A stretch of 32,000 nucleotides of DNA from an uncultured Actinomycetes bacterium. GTDB taxonomy: Bacteria; Actinomycetota; Actinomycetes; S36-B12; CAIYMF01. Where the stretch lies: contig CAWJMG010000003.1 in NCBI GenBank assembly GCA_963843975.1, positions 270,001 through 302,000 of the forward strand, given 5' to 3'. The notes under the pieces were generated by a model. That model did no database searches, was not told the DNA's origin, and saw only the letters and a list, made by a program, of their open reading frames with translations. Positions within the stretch are counted from its first letter, which is position 1. Each line of letters opens with the position of its first letter. Position numbers and translations under genes: made by a program. Below, piece by piece: positions 16,845 to 26,292 of this stretch.

Positions 16845-18321
16845 ATGTCGGGCCTTCGGCATGACGAGCTGGTCGCCGCACGTCGTCACCACCCAGCGTG
16901 GCGGTTGCTGGCGGCGGACAACGCTCCGCTGGTGCTCGGCTTCTGCTCCCACGCCTACCTCGAGTCCAACGTGCGCACGCTCGCCCAGCCCGACGTCGTC
17001 GAGGCCCTCGACGACTACCTCGGCGCCCAGCGTGCGAGCAACCCCGATCTCTACCCGAAGTCGGCCGAGGCCTACCTCGCCGACTGGTCGCGCCCCGAGG
17101 CGGGCTGGCTGCGCCGGCACTATCCCCTCGGCGCCGACCTGCCCCACTACGAGCCCACTGCGGCGGTCGAGGTGGCCGCACGCTTCGCTCGCGATCTCGG
17201 CCCGCGCGAGTTCGTCGGTACGGCGTCCCGCCTGCTCACCATCCGCACGCTCCTGCGCGGGCTGACCTCGGGCGCAGCGGTCGATCCCGCCGAGCGGCTC
17301 GAGGCCCTCACCCGTCAGCGCGCCGAGGTCGACGCGGCGATCGCGGCCGTCGAGGCAGGCACCTATGAGCCCATGGATGACACGGCCGTGCGGGAGACCT
17401 ACGCGCAGGTGGTCACGACCGCGCGAGACCTGCTGGCCGACCTGCGCAGCGTCGAGGCGGCCATGCGCACGCTCGACCGCGATGTCCGAGCCTCGAGCCA
17501 CCGCGTGGGACGGCCCGCGCGGCGCGTTCCTCGAGACCGTGTTCGGCTCGGAGGAGAGCATCGGCGCGACCGACCAGGGGAAGTCCTGGCAGGCGTTCTG
17601 GGACCACCTCCTGTCGCCCACCGGCCAGTTGGAGCTCGATCGGCTGCTCGCCTCCACACGCGCGATCCCCGCACTCGCCGGACGTACGGCGGAGGGCGAC
17701 CAACTGCTGCGACGCGACCTCTACACCGCGGCCGAGGTGACCCAGGCGACCGTCGCCTCCCTGTCGGCGCAACTGCGCCGCTTCCTGGACGAGGCCGCGG
17801 CAGCGGAAGAGCGGCGGATCGGCGAGCTGGTGCGCGAGTCGCTGTCGGCGGCGCTCGACGCTGCGCGATCGGGCGTCGACGTACGCGCGCTCGGCACCGA
17901 GTTGCACGGGCTGCGGGCGGAGATCGTGCTGCCACTCGAGCGGCCGATGTACACCGTGCGGCTCGACGACGAGATCGCGGCCGTGCAGACCTCGACCGAC
18001 GACGCCTCTGATCTCGACCTCGCCGACCTCCTCGAGCACACGAGCATCGATCTCGGTGCGCTGCGTCAGGCGGTGGCCGACACGCGTGGCCGGTTCGGCT
18101 CCCCGGTGTCGCTCGGCCAGGTGGTGGCTGAGAACCCCCTCCGCCAGGGCCTCGCCGAGCTGGTCGGCTACCTGCAGGTCGCCGACGACTCGACTCACGA
18201 CGACGAGGGCACCGAGCTCGTCGAGTGGGTCGATGCCTCGGGCACCGCTCGGCGTGCTCGGCTTCCGCGGATCGTGTTCGACGAGCCCGGCCCTGACTCG
18301 ACGTACGGAGGACCGTGGTGA
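16845..18321 (+). pseudogene. jetA: JetA / MksF (DUF3375) of Wadjet, interrupted by a +1 frame change near 17493
   Basis: ATG 16845 has a GAGGGGG SD 7 nt upstream. The first frame (ORF 16839..18011) is protein-like through HHPAWRLLAADNAPLVLGFCSHAYLE...LRSVEAAMRTLDRDVRA. The next frame (ORF 17365..18321) is protein-like from RATAWDGPRGAFLETVFGSEESIGATDQGKSWQAFWDHLLS to the stop at 18321. The total of about 492 aa equals normal JetA length. Confidence 0.85.
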
Positions 18322-18905
18322 CTCTGTCCCGCGACGACGCCCTGTCGGTGGCCGTCGCCACCCTTCTGCAGGGGCCTGTCTACGCCGAGGAGAACCCGCT
18401 CGTGTGGTCGGTGCTACAGGCGCAGGTGGCCCGGATAAGCGACTACCTGAGCACCCTTGGGATGCACGTGATCGTGGACGACGTCGACGAGTACGCCTAC
18501 CTCCGCAGCAACGACGAGCTGCCCGAGGGCATGCCCCGCCTGCACCGTCGGCACAAGCTCGGGATGCGGGCCTCGATCCTGCTGGTGCTGCTGCGTCAGC
18601 GCATGACGGCCGCCGAGGCGGAGGAGGCCACGCCGCGCCTCATCGTCACGCGGGAGGAGATGGTCGAGTGGATGCGGCTGTACCACCCCGACGGCACGAG
18701 CGAGGAGAAGATCGCCACCGACATCGCCAAACTCGATGAGCTGGGCTACCTCAAGCGGTTGCGCGGCAACGACAACGCCTTCGAGGCGCGTCGCATCATC
18801 AAGGCGCAGGTGAGCGCCGACTACCTGACCCGCATGGCCGACGACCTGCTCGCTGCGGGCGCTGGCACCGACGACGCACAGGGAGACGCCGATGGCGATC
18901 TCTGA
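18315..18905 (+). CDS. jetB: JetB / MksE (DUF4194)
   Basis: 196 aa. The GTG start overlaps the jetA stop (GTGGTGA). LLQGPVYAEENPLVWSVLQAQVARISDYLSTLGMHVIVDDVDEYAYL...ILLVLLRQRM... is the typical DUF4194 pattern. Its position between jetA and jetC fits. Confidence 0.9.
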   Translation: MVTLSRDDALSVAVATLLQGPVYAEENPLVWSVLQAQVARISDYLSTLGMHVIVDDVDEYAYLRSNDELPEGMPRLHRRHKLGMRASILLVLLRQRMTAAEAEEATPRLIVTREEMVEWMRLYHPDGTSEEKIATDIAKLDELGYLKRLRGNDNAFEARRIIKAQVSADYLTRMADDLLAAGAGTDDAQGDADGDL

Positions 18906-21900
18906 CCCTGCCACTCCCGACCTGTTCCACGACGAGCCGGCTCACGGTTCCCGGCGGCCGGGCCTTCGCCTTCACCGGGTCGAGGTGCTCAACTGGGGCA
19001 CGTTCGACCACAAGGTGGCGGTGCTCGAGGTCAGCGGCGGCAACTGCCTGCTCACCGGGCAGGTGGGCGCGGGCAAGTCGACCATCGTGGACGCTGTGTC
19101 GCTGGTGATGAACCCGCCCAGCCAGATCACCTTCAACCAGGCCGCCGGTGCGAGCCGCCGCGAGCGCACGCTCACCAGCTATGTCCTCGGCGCCTACCGC
19201 AACGTCTCGGACGAGCAGACCGGCTCTTCGAGGCCCGACTACCTGCGGCGCGCGGCGGGAGCGCAGTCGGTGGTGCTGACGGTGTTCGGCGACGACTCCG
19301 GACGCCGGATCACCACGGGCGTCATGCTCCGCTTCCAGAACGAGGCGTCCACCCCGAAGGCCCAGTACGTCGTTGCCGACCGCGATCTGTCGATCGAGAG
19401 CGATTTCACCGGGCATCCCGACGCGCGCGGACTGCGCGCGGCGCTGCGGGCGGGCGGTGTGGAGATCTTCGACAACTACGCGCAGTACTCCAAGATGCTT
19501 GACCGGCGGCTGCGCCTGTCGCGCGTCGCGCTCGGGCTGTTCAACCAGACGGTGTCGATGAAGTCGGTCGCCGATCTCAACGAGTTCGTCCGCCACCACA
19601 TGCTCGAGCCGGTCGACGTCGTGCCAGCGATCGAGAAGATGCTCAGCCACTACGCCGACCTCACCCGTGCGCACGACCTCGTCGTCGACGCGCGGCAGCA
19701 ACGCGAATCTCTCGACAGGGTCGATGCGCAGTCGAAGGCGCTCGACTCCGCCGAGGCGCGCATCGCGGCGACGGAGGCCGCGGTCGCGGCAGTCTCATCC
19801 GAGGTCGACGCCCATCGACGCACCCTGCTCACGGCGGCGATTGCCGTGGCCGAGGCCGAGCTGCCGCAGCTCGCGAGCCGCAAGCGCAGCCTCGACGTAC
19901 AGGTCGACTCGCTCCGGCGCCAGCAGACCGACCTGGAGGTGAGCCTGCGCGCGCACGGCGGCAGCGACCTTGCTCTCGCCGAACGGGAGGTCGACGCGGC
20001 GCGCAGCAGGCACGAGGCCGTGGCTGACGCCCGGCGGCGTCTGGAGGCACTGGTCGAGACCGCCCACATGTCTGCGCCTGCCGGGGTCGACGACTTCGCT
20101 GACTTCCTGGCGGCGCTGGCCGCGATCGAGTTGGAGGTGGCCACGCTTGGAGCGCAGGCGAGCCACCGGCTCGCGGCGGCCGTGGGCGCTCGGTCCGTCG
20201 CGGGCGACGCCCTCGCTGCCAACGAGCGCGACACCGCGGCCGCCAGCGCTCGTGCCTCCAACGTCCCCGCGCGGCTCGCCGAGCTCCGCGACCAGATCTC
20301 GACCGAGCTCGAGTTCCCTGACGACACCCTCGTGTTCGCGGGCGAGCTGCTCGACGTCGCCCCCGACCATGCTGCGTGGCGCGGCGCGATCGAGCGGCTG
20401 ACGCGCGGCTTCGCGACGTCGTTGCTCGTGCCCGCTGAAGCCCACGCGGCGGTCACCCGATGGGTCGAGCAGCACCACCTCGGTCAGCGGCTGGTCACCT
20501 ACCGGGTCGACGAGTCTGCCGGCGCCACGACCTCACCCGCTGAGCCCGGCACCGTGGCTGCTCGGCTGGTGGTGAAGCCGGGGGCGCACGCGGCGTCTTG
20601 GGTGCGGGCCGAGGTGGCGCGGCGCTTCGACCACGTGTGCGTCGAGGACCTGGCCGACCTCCCGGGACACCGGCGAGCGCTCACCCGCGCCGGCCAGGTC
20701 AAGGACTCGCACCGGCAGGAGAAGGACGACCGCCGCCGCATCGACGACACACTCAATTGGGTGCTCGGCTGGGACACCCGCGCCCGGCTCGCCGCCCTGC
20801 GTGCGGCGCACGCCACTCTGACGGGCGAGCGCGACGCCGCCGAGCAGGAGATGCTGCGGGCACAGGACGAGGCGGGCGCACTGACTGTGCGCGACCGTGC
20901 CGTGTCGACCCTCCGCACGCAGTTCACCGACCCGGCGCAGGTCGACCTCGACGCGGCGACGGCGGCGGCCCGTGCGGCCGAGGAGCACCTCGAACGGCTC
21001 CGGGCCGACCCCGGGATCGCCGCGCTCACCGCGCAGCTCGACGACGTCGTACGCCGCGTCACCGCGCTGACGGCCGACCAGAACTCGGTCGTGGGGCGTA
21101 TCGCCACGACCGGGCAGGATCTCGACCGGCACCGCCGGGAGCGGGACACGCTGCCTCCCTCCGACGTCGTGCTCGACGAGGATGCCCGCGCGGTGCTCGA
21201 GCGAGCGCGCGTGCGCGTGGGGGCTGCGCCGGGCGAGCTCACCGACGTCGAGTCGTGGGGCCGGTCCCTGCGCGAGCATGTGGACGGCGAGGCGTCTGCG
21301 GCGCGCGCCAAGCAATCGAGCGTCGAGCAGGCCCTCGTGTCGGTCATGGGTGCCTATGCCTCACGCTGGCCGGCGCGGGTCGTCGACGTCGACGTCGCAC
21401 GGGTGGCTGGCAGGGTGGAGCTTCTGGCGCTGCGCGGCCGGCTCGTGGCCGACGACCTGCCGCGCTTCGAGCGGGACTTCCGGGACAAGCTGCAGTCCAA
21501 CGCCATCAACGAGATCGCGATGTTCGCCCGCAAGCTCGACACCGAGGCGGCAGCGATCGGTGAGCGGATCACCACCATCAACACCGCGCTCGCGGGCATC
21601 GACTACCAGCCAGGGACGAGGATCGAGCTCGCGATCGAGCCGACCAAGGACCAACAGGTGCGCGACTTCCGAGCCGAGCTGCGCGCCATCACCACGGGCA
21701 TGGTCGGTGGGGGCGACGGCGCCTACAACGAAGAGAAGTTCCTCGCGGTCCGCGAGCTGCTCGACCGGTTCCGCGGGCGCGAGGGTCACGCCGACGACGA
21801 CACCCGCTGGGTCCGGCGAGTGACCGACGTACGCAACTGGCACACGTTCGCTGCCAACGAGCGCTCACGTGAGGAGGACACCGTCGTCGAGCACTACTCC

Positions 21901-22278
21901 GACACAGACGGGAAGTCCGGCGGCCAGAAGGAGAAGTTGGCCTACACGATCCTGGCCGCGTCGCTGGCGTACCAGTACGGACTTGCCGACGGCGACGCGC
22001 GCAGGTTCCGCTTCGTCATGATCGACGAAGCGTTCGGTCGTGGTTCGGAGGAGTCGACGCGCTACGGTCTCGACCTGTTCGACCGGCTCGGGCTGCAGCT
22101 GCTCGTCGTCACTCCACTGCAGAAGATCAGCACCATCGAGCCGCACGTGCAGTCGGTGGGCTACATCGGGCGGACGGGGAACACGTCACGGCTGCGGTCG
22201 ATGACGATCGAGGAGTATCGCGAGCTGCGCAGCGGCCGTGTCGCCGAGGGTCTGCGGACCGCGCTGGCGATGCCGTGA
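18892..22278 (+). CDS. jetC: JetC / MksB SMC-like ATPase
   Basis: 1128 aa. Motifs: LNWGTFD...LLTGQVGAGKSTIVDA (Walker A), a long Ala/Arg/Glu coiled-coil middle, SGGQKEKLAYTILAASLAYQYG (signature) and FRFVMIDEAFGRGSEE (Walker B). It overlaps jetB by 14 nt. Confidence 0.93.
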   Translation: MAISDPATPDLFHDEPAHGSRRPGLRLHRVEVLNWGTFDHKVAVLEVSGGNCLLTGQVGAGKSTIVDAVSLVMNPPSQITFNQAAGASRRERTLTSYVLGAYRNVSDEQTGSSRPDYLRRAAGAQSVVLTVFGDDSGRRITTGVMLRFQNEASTPKAQYVVADRDLSIESDFTGHPDARGLRAALRAGGVEIFDNYAQYSKMLDRRLRLSRVALGLFNQTVSMKSVADLNEFVRHHMLEPVDVVPAIEKMLSHYADLTRAHDLVVDARQQRESLDRVDAQSKALDSAEARIAATEAAVAAVSSEVDAHRRTLLTAAIAVAEAELPQLASRKRSLDVQVDSLRRQQTDLEVSLRAHGGSDLALAEREVDAARSRHEAVADARRRLEALVETAHMSAPAGVDDFADFLAALAAIELEVATLGAQASHRLAAAVGARSVAGDALAANERDTAAASARASNVPARLAELRDQISTELEFPDDTLVFAGELLDVAPDHAAWRGAIERLTRGFATSLLVPAEAHAAVTRWVEQHHLGQRLVTYRVDESAGATTSPAEPGTVAARLVVKPGAHAASWVRAEVARRFDHVCVEDLADLPGHRRALTRAGQVKDSHRQEKDDRRRIDDTLNWVLGWDTRARLAALRAAHATLTGERDAAEQEMLRAQDEAGALTVRDRAVSTLRTQFTDPAQVDLDAATAAARAAEEHLERLRADPGIAALTAQLDDVVRRVTALTADQNSVVGRIATTGQDLDRHRRERDTLPPSDVVLDEDARAVLERARVRVGAAPGELTDVESWGRSLREHVDGEASAARAKQSSVEQALVSVMGAYASRWPARVVDVDVARVAGRVELLALRGRLVADDLPRFERDFRDKLQSNAINEIAMFARKLDTEAAAIGERITTINTALAGIDYQPGTRIELAIEPTKDQQVRDFRAELRAITTGMVGGGDGAYNEEKFLAVRELLDRFRGREGHADDDTRWVRRVTDVRNWHTFAANERSREEDTVVEHYSDTDGKSGGQKEKLAYTILAASLAYQYGLADGDARRFRFVMIDEAFGRGSEESTRYGLDLFDRLGLQLLVVTPLQKISTIEPHVQSVGYIGRTGNTSRLRSMTIEEYRELRSGRVAEGLRTALAMP

Positions 22279-23447
22279 CCGGCGAGTGGTCGGCGCCGGC
22301 CGTCGTGCGCGACGCCGCGGCGCGATGGTGGCGAGGGGGCAGGCTGCTGCGCGAGCTGCACGTCCCGGGTGACCCGCCGCTGTTCCCTGCACGCGTACGT
22401 CTCGTACGGCCCTCGGGCGAGGAGATCGCCGACCGGTACGCCGACGTCCGCGCCTGGGCCGACCGGCATGCAAGGGCGGCCGCCGCCGGTGGTTGGGCCG
22501 TCGAGACGCGTCGGGTTCCGGTTCGGGCCCTCGGTGCGCAGGAGGTTCCGTCAGCACTCGTCGTCCCCGACGTGCGCACGGCGCTCGCACTGCTGGGGCC
22601 AGCAGCCGTCGCCGATGCGGAGGTGTTCGCCGGGTGCCTTGATCAAGCGCGCGACGTCCGCGACTGGGCGGTGCGTGCGGCGATGGCGCGTCCCCTCGAC
22701 GTCGTGGCAGCGGCGCCGGACTGGTCCGCGCTCCTCGACGTCGCACGCTGGATGGTGGCGAATCCGCGGCCCGGTGTGCATATCCGGGCGATCCCTGTGC
22801 CCGGTGTGCACACCAAGCTGGTCGAGTCACGACGCGCTCTCCTCGGGCTGCTCCTGTCCGAGGCGCTCGACCCCGAGCACATCGATGACGACGCGGACAC
22901 GTTCGAGGGCCGCTTCGGGTTCGCGACCGGGGAACGGTCGGTCGTGCTCCGCGCTCCCGGCACGATGCTGGGCCTGCCGCACCTTGACGTCGCCGAGGTG
23001 ACGTGGCCGCTGGCTGGTCTCGGTCGACGGCCTCACGGGGTCGCAGAGGTCGTGGTCGTCGAGAACCGGGTCTGCCTCGCGATGGTGCCGTGGCGTGCCG
23101 ACCGGTGCGCAGTGTGGGGTGCCGGCTACGGCGCTGGCGACCTGCTACGTGGTGCGCCGTGGCTCGCGGACGTCGACGTCGTCTACTGGGGTGACCTCGA
23201 CACGCACGGCCTCGCAATCCTGTCGGAGGTGCGTGGTGCGGTGCCCCAGGCGCGGTCCATCCTCATGGACGTCGCGACCCTCGACGAGCACCGAGACCGC
23301 GTGGGGGTTGAGCCGTCATCGCGTACGGACGAGTTGCCCAACCTCAGGCCGAGGGAGGAGGAACTGTGGGAGCGGTTGCGGCGTACGGGTGAGCGGCTCG
23401 AACAGGAGCACATCGCGGCCGAACAGGTGGCGGCCGCGCTCGCGTGA
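22275..23447 (+). CDS. jetD: JetD / MksG Toprim-type nuclease subunit
   Basis: 390 aa, with a GTGA overlap onto the jetC stop. The N-terminus WWRGGRLLRELH...FPARVRLVRPSGEEIADRYADVRAW is DUF3322-like. The C-terminal Toprim block is VVVVENRVCL...VYWGDLDTHGLAIL. Confidence 0.9.
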   Translation: MTGEWSAPAVVRDAAARWWRGGRLLRELHVPGDPPLFPARVRLVRPSGEEIADRYADVRAWADRHARAAAAGGWAVETRRVPVRALGAQEVPSALVVPDVRTALALLGPAAVADAEVFAGCLDQARDVRDWAVRAAMARPLDVVAAAPDWSALLDVARWMVANPRPGVHIRAIPVPGVHTKLVESRRALLGLLLSEALDPEHIDDDADTFEGRFGFATGERSVVLRAPGTMLGLPHLDVAEVTWPLAGLGRRPHGVAEVVVVENRVCLAMVPWRADRCAVWGAGYGAGDLLRGAPWLADVDVVYWGDLDTHGLAILSEVRGAVPQARSILMDVATLDEHRDRVGVEPSSRTDELPNLRPREEELWERLRRTGERLEQEHIAAEQVAAALA

Positions 23448-23629
23448 GGGTTGTGACGCGCGGTAGGCCACAGCTCGCACTGTTCGCTGCTCCCACTCGC
23501 GGCTTGTCGGTGGGAATGGAGTTGCAGCCCTTCGTAGATGCTCGCCCTGCGCGCGGGCCCGACGCGTCACGACTGATGAGGGATCTCGTCGGTGGCCTGT
23601 GCCAGCATCGGGCTCGGAGGGGATGCGAC

Positions 23630-24604
23630 ATGGACGACCTTGCTGACCGCGCGGCGGGTGCGCTGCTGGGCATGGCCTCGGGCGACGCGCTCGGTGCGGG
23701 CTACGAGTTTGGCCCGGCGCTGCCGGCGTCGACCGATGTTTGGATGAAGGGTGGCGGCGGCTTCGGCTGGGCGCCGGGGGAATGGACCGACGACACGCAG
23801 ATGGCGATCCCGCTGCTCGAGGCGGCCGAGCTCGCGTGCTCGTCAGGGACGGCGCTCACTGACCAGTTGGACCACGTGGCGCAGCGCTGGGTGGACTGGT
23901 CGGTGAACGCGGCCGACGTCGGCAACCAGACCCGGTCGGTGCTGGCGACGGTTCGGCACTCCGGCACCGTCGACGCTGCGGCGCTGACAGTCGCCTCGCG
24001 GGCGCTGCACTCGTTGACCAGGCGCACCGCGGGCAATGGCTCGCTGATGCGGACGGCCCCCGTCGCGCTTGCCTACCTGTCCGACCCGGGCGGCCTGGCC
24101 GAGGCCGCTCGGACTGTCAGCGCACTCACGCACTGGGACGACGACGCAGGCGACGCGTGCGTGCTGTGGTGCCTGGCCATCCAGCACGCGGTGGTCGACG
24201 GGTCGCTCGATGTCGAGGCCGGTTTCGACCTCGTGCCCGCTGAACGGCGTACGACGTGGGCTGACCGGATCTCTGCGGCTGCGTCCGGGCATCCGGAGGA
24301 CTTTCCGCAGAACGGCTGGGTCGTGCACGCGTTCCAGGCGGCCTGGTCGTCGATCGTGCGGGCGCAGGCACTGACCGACTCGGCGGCACAGCTCAGGCTC
24401 GGGCTCGAGAAGGCAGTGCGCTCCGGCGGCGACACCGACACGGTCGCGGCCATCGCCGGGCAGCTGCTGGGTGCGCGGTGGGGTGCCTCGGCCGTGCCGT
24501 CGGAGTGGGTCGACGTACTGCACGGGTGGCCGGGGATCAGTGGGCGCGATCTGGCCGCACGCGGAGCAGGACTGGTGGGGGAGTTGGCGTGGCACCTCGA
24601 CTGA
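23630..24604 (+). CDS. ADP-ribosylglycohydrolase (ARH/DraG family)
   Basis: ATG 23630 has a GGAGGGG SD upstream; the track start at 23444 is an upstream in-frame extension. All family blocks are present: LLGMASGDALGAGYEF, GEWTDDTQMAI, AGNGSLMRTAPVAL, GGDTDTVAAIAGQLLGARWG and VPSEW. Confidence 0.85.
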   Translation: MDDLADRAAGALLGMASGDALGAGYEFGPALPASTDVWMKGGGGFGWAPGEWTDDTQMAIPLLEAAELACSSGTALTDQLDHVAQRWVDWSVNAADVGNQTRSVLATVRHSGTVDAAALTVASRALHSLTRRTAGNGSLMRTAPVALAYLSDPGGLAEAARTVSALTHWDDDAGDACVLWCLAIQHAVVDGSLDVEAGFDLVPAERRTTWADRISAAASGHPEDFPQNGWVVHAFQAAWSSIVRAQALTDSAAQLRLGLEKAVRSGGDTDTVAAIAGQLLGARWGASAVPSEWVDVLHGWPGISGRDLAARGAGLVGELAWHLD

Positions 24605-26211
24605 TCCCGCCGGCGCCCGAGTTCCGCTCGCGGGCCGAGCGGAGGCTGTGGGCAGCGCTCAAGTCGCAGCTGCCGCCCGAGGCATTCCTCGCGGCCAACG
24701 TCCACCTCGGCGCACACGAGGACTTCTACGAGGCCGATCTCGTGATCGGCCTGCCCGATTGCGGATTCGTCGTGGTGGAGGTGAAGGGCGGGCAGGTCGG
24801 TCACACCGACGAGGGCTGGATCCAGTACACCCGCGAGGGTCCGAAGCACATCGATCCGGCCGTGCAGGCTGATCGCGCCAAGCGTCTGCTCGACACCTAC
24901 GTCCGCGGCCGCGGGTGGCCGCACGGCCCGATTCGCTTCGAGCACATGGTGGCCTTCCCCGACGTCGAGTTCGGCGACGAGCCACCGGCGCCGGATCTGC
25001 CTAGGTGGCAGCTGATCGCGGCCGGCGACGTCGATGACGCAGCCGGTCGCATCTGGGACGCGCTGGCGCACAGGATCACGGACAAGCCGATCCCGGGAGC
25101 CGCATGGGTGGCCGAGCTCGCCGACCTCATCGGTGGGCGACCCGACTCTGCGCGCGCCCTGCTCGGCGCCGAGCAGGACCGTTCGGAGCACGTCCTGCGC
25201 CTGACCGAGGAGCAGTACCGCGTGCTCGACCACATGGTGTCGAACGACCGGATCTCCGTCGTGGGCGGCCCGGGCACGGGCAAGACGTGGCTGGCGCTCG
25301 AGCAGGCGCGTCGCTGGGCCAAGCAGAAGGAGCGAGTGCTTCTGGTCTGCTACTCGCAGGGGCTGTCGCGTTGGCTCCGCCAGGCGATCGACACGAGCGG
25401 TGTTGCCGTGGCAGGGCGCGTGGATGTCATGACGTTCTCGTCGTACCTCGTGAACCTGGGCGTCGAGGTGCCCGCGGTCGCCGACCAGCACTGGTGGGAC
25501 GTCACGCTGCCGGCCCTCGCTGCGCCGCTGGTGACACCGGCGTACGACGCGGTGGTGGTGGACGAGTCGCAGGACTTCGCCGACGTCTGGTGGCCCCTGC
25601 TGCTCGCCTCGCTGCGTGGCCAGCACCTGTTCATCGCCGGGGATGAGCGGCAGTCGGTGTTCCCCGACCGACGGGGTCGGCCCACTGTGCAACTGGCCAC
25701 CGTGACACTCACCGAGAACCTGCGGAACACCTCTCAGATCGTGTCGCTGCTCAACCCGCTCGTGCCCGACAAGATGCGGCACAGGGGTGGCGTCGGGCCT
25801 CCGGTGCGCTTCGTGCAGTGTGCGACGTCGGACGTTTACGACCGCGCGGACGCCGAGGTCGAGTCACTGTTGTTCGCCGGCCACGTACCCAGCTCGGTGG
25901 CCTTGCTGACCACGCGTCATCGTCACCCGAATCAGCTGCGGATTGAGGAGCTCTTCGGCGGCAAACCGGGCTACTGGGACGGGTTCGGGCTCGGGGACGA
26001 CGTGTTCTACGCGACCGTGATGGGATTCAAGGGATTGGAAAGACCCGTCGTGGTGCTGGCCGTCGATGGTTTCCATGACGGTGTCGCTCGGGACGTGCTC
26101 TACACCGGGTTGTCGCGGGCTCGCGATCAGCTCGTGGTCGTCGGTGATCTCGAGGAGATCCGGGTGGCCGCCGGCAATGAGGTCTGCAAGCGCCTGACCG
26201 CTCCATCTTGA
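24589..26211 (+). CDS. NERD nuclease domain fused to a UvrD/PcrA-like SF1 helicase (Nhi-like architecture)
   Basis: GTG 24589 has a GGTGGGGGAG SD 5 nt upstream. Both lie inside the 3' end of the ARH gene, giving a 16-nt overlap. NERD block: FRSRAERRLWAALK...FYEADLVIGLPDCGFVVVEVKGG. Helicase motifs: VVGGPGTGKTW (Walker A), AVVVDESQDF (Walker B), LFIAGDERQSVF, NLRNTSQI, GFKGLERPVVVLAV and LYTGLSRARDQLVVVG. Confidence 0.85.
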   Translation: MAPRLIPPAPEFRSRAERRLWAALKSQLPPEAFLAANVHLGAHEDFYEADLVIGLPDCGFVVVEVKGGQVGHTDEGWIQYTREGPKHIDPAVQADRAKRLLDTYVRGRGWPHGPIRFEHMVAFPDVEFGDEPPAPDLPRWQLIAAGDVDDAAGRIWDALAHRITDKPIPGAAWVAELADLIGGRPDSARALLGAEQDRSEHVLRLTEEQYRVLDHMVSNDRISVVGGPGTGKTWLALEQARRWAKQKERVLLVCYSQGLSRWLRQAIDTSGVAVAGRVDVMTFSSYLVNLGVEVPAVADQHWWDVTLPALAAPLVTPAYDAVVVDESQDFADVWWPLLLASLRGQHLFIAGDERQSVFPDRRGRPTVQLATVTLTENLRNTSQIVSLLNPLVPDKMRHRGGVGPPVRFVQCATSDVYDRADAEVESLLFAGHVPSSVALLTTRHRHPNQLRIEELFGGKPGYWDGFGLGDDVFYATVMGFKGLERPVVVLAVDGFHDGVARDVLYTGLSRARDQLVVVGDLEEIRVAAGNEVCKRLTAPS

Positions 26212-26292
26212 GCGATCGTCCTGCGCTCCTGAATCGCGATCTTTGGGGGAGAATCGGGCCCGAGTGGGCGAGGTGCCTGGCAAGCTGCCTCC

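Noticed and set aside
23444-23629. Upstream in-frame extension of the ARH ORF that overlaps the jetD stop.
   Set aside because: ARH family proteins begin about 15 aa before the GDALG block. ATG 23630 has a GGAGGGG SD. The extension has no protein-like features.
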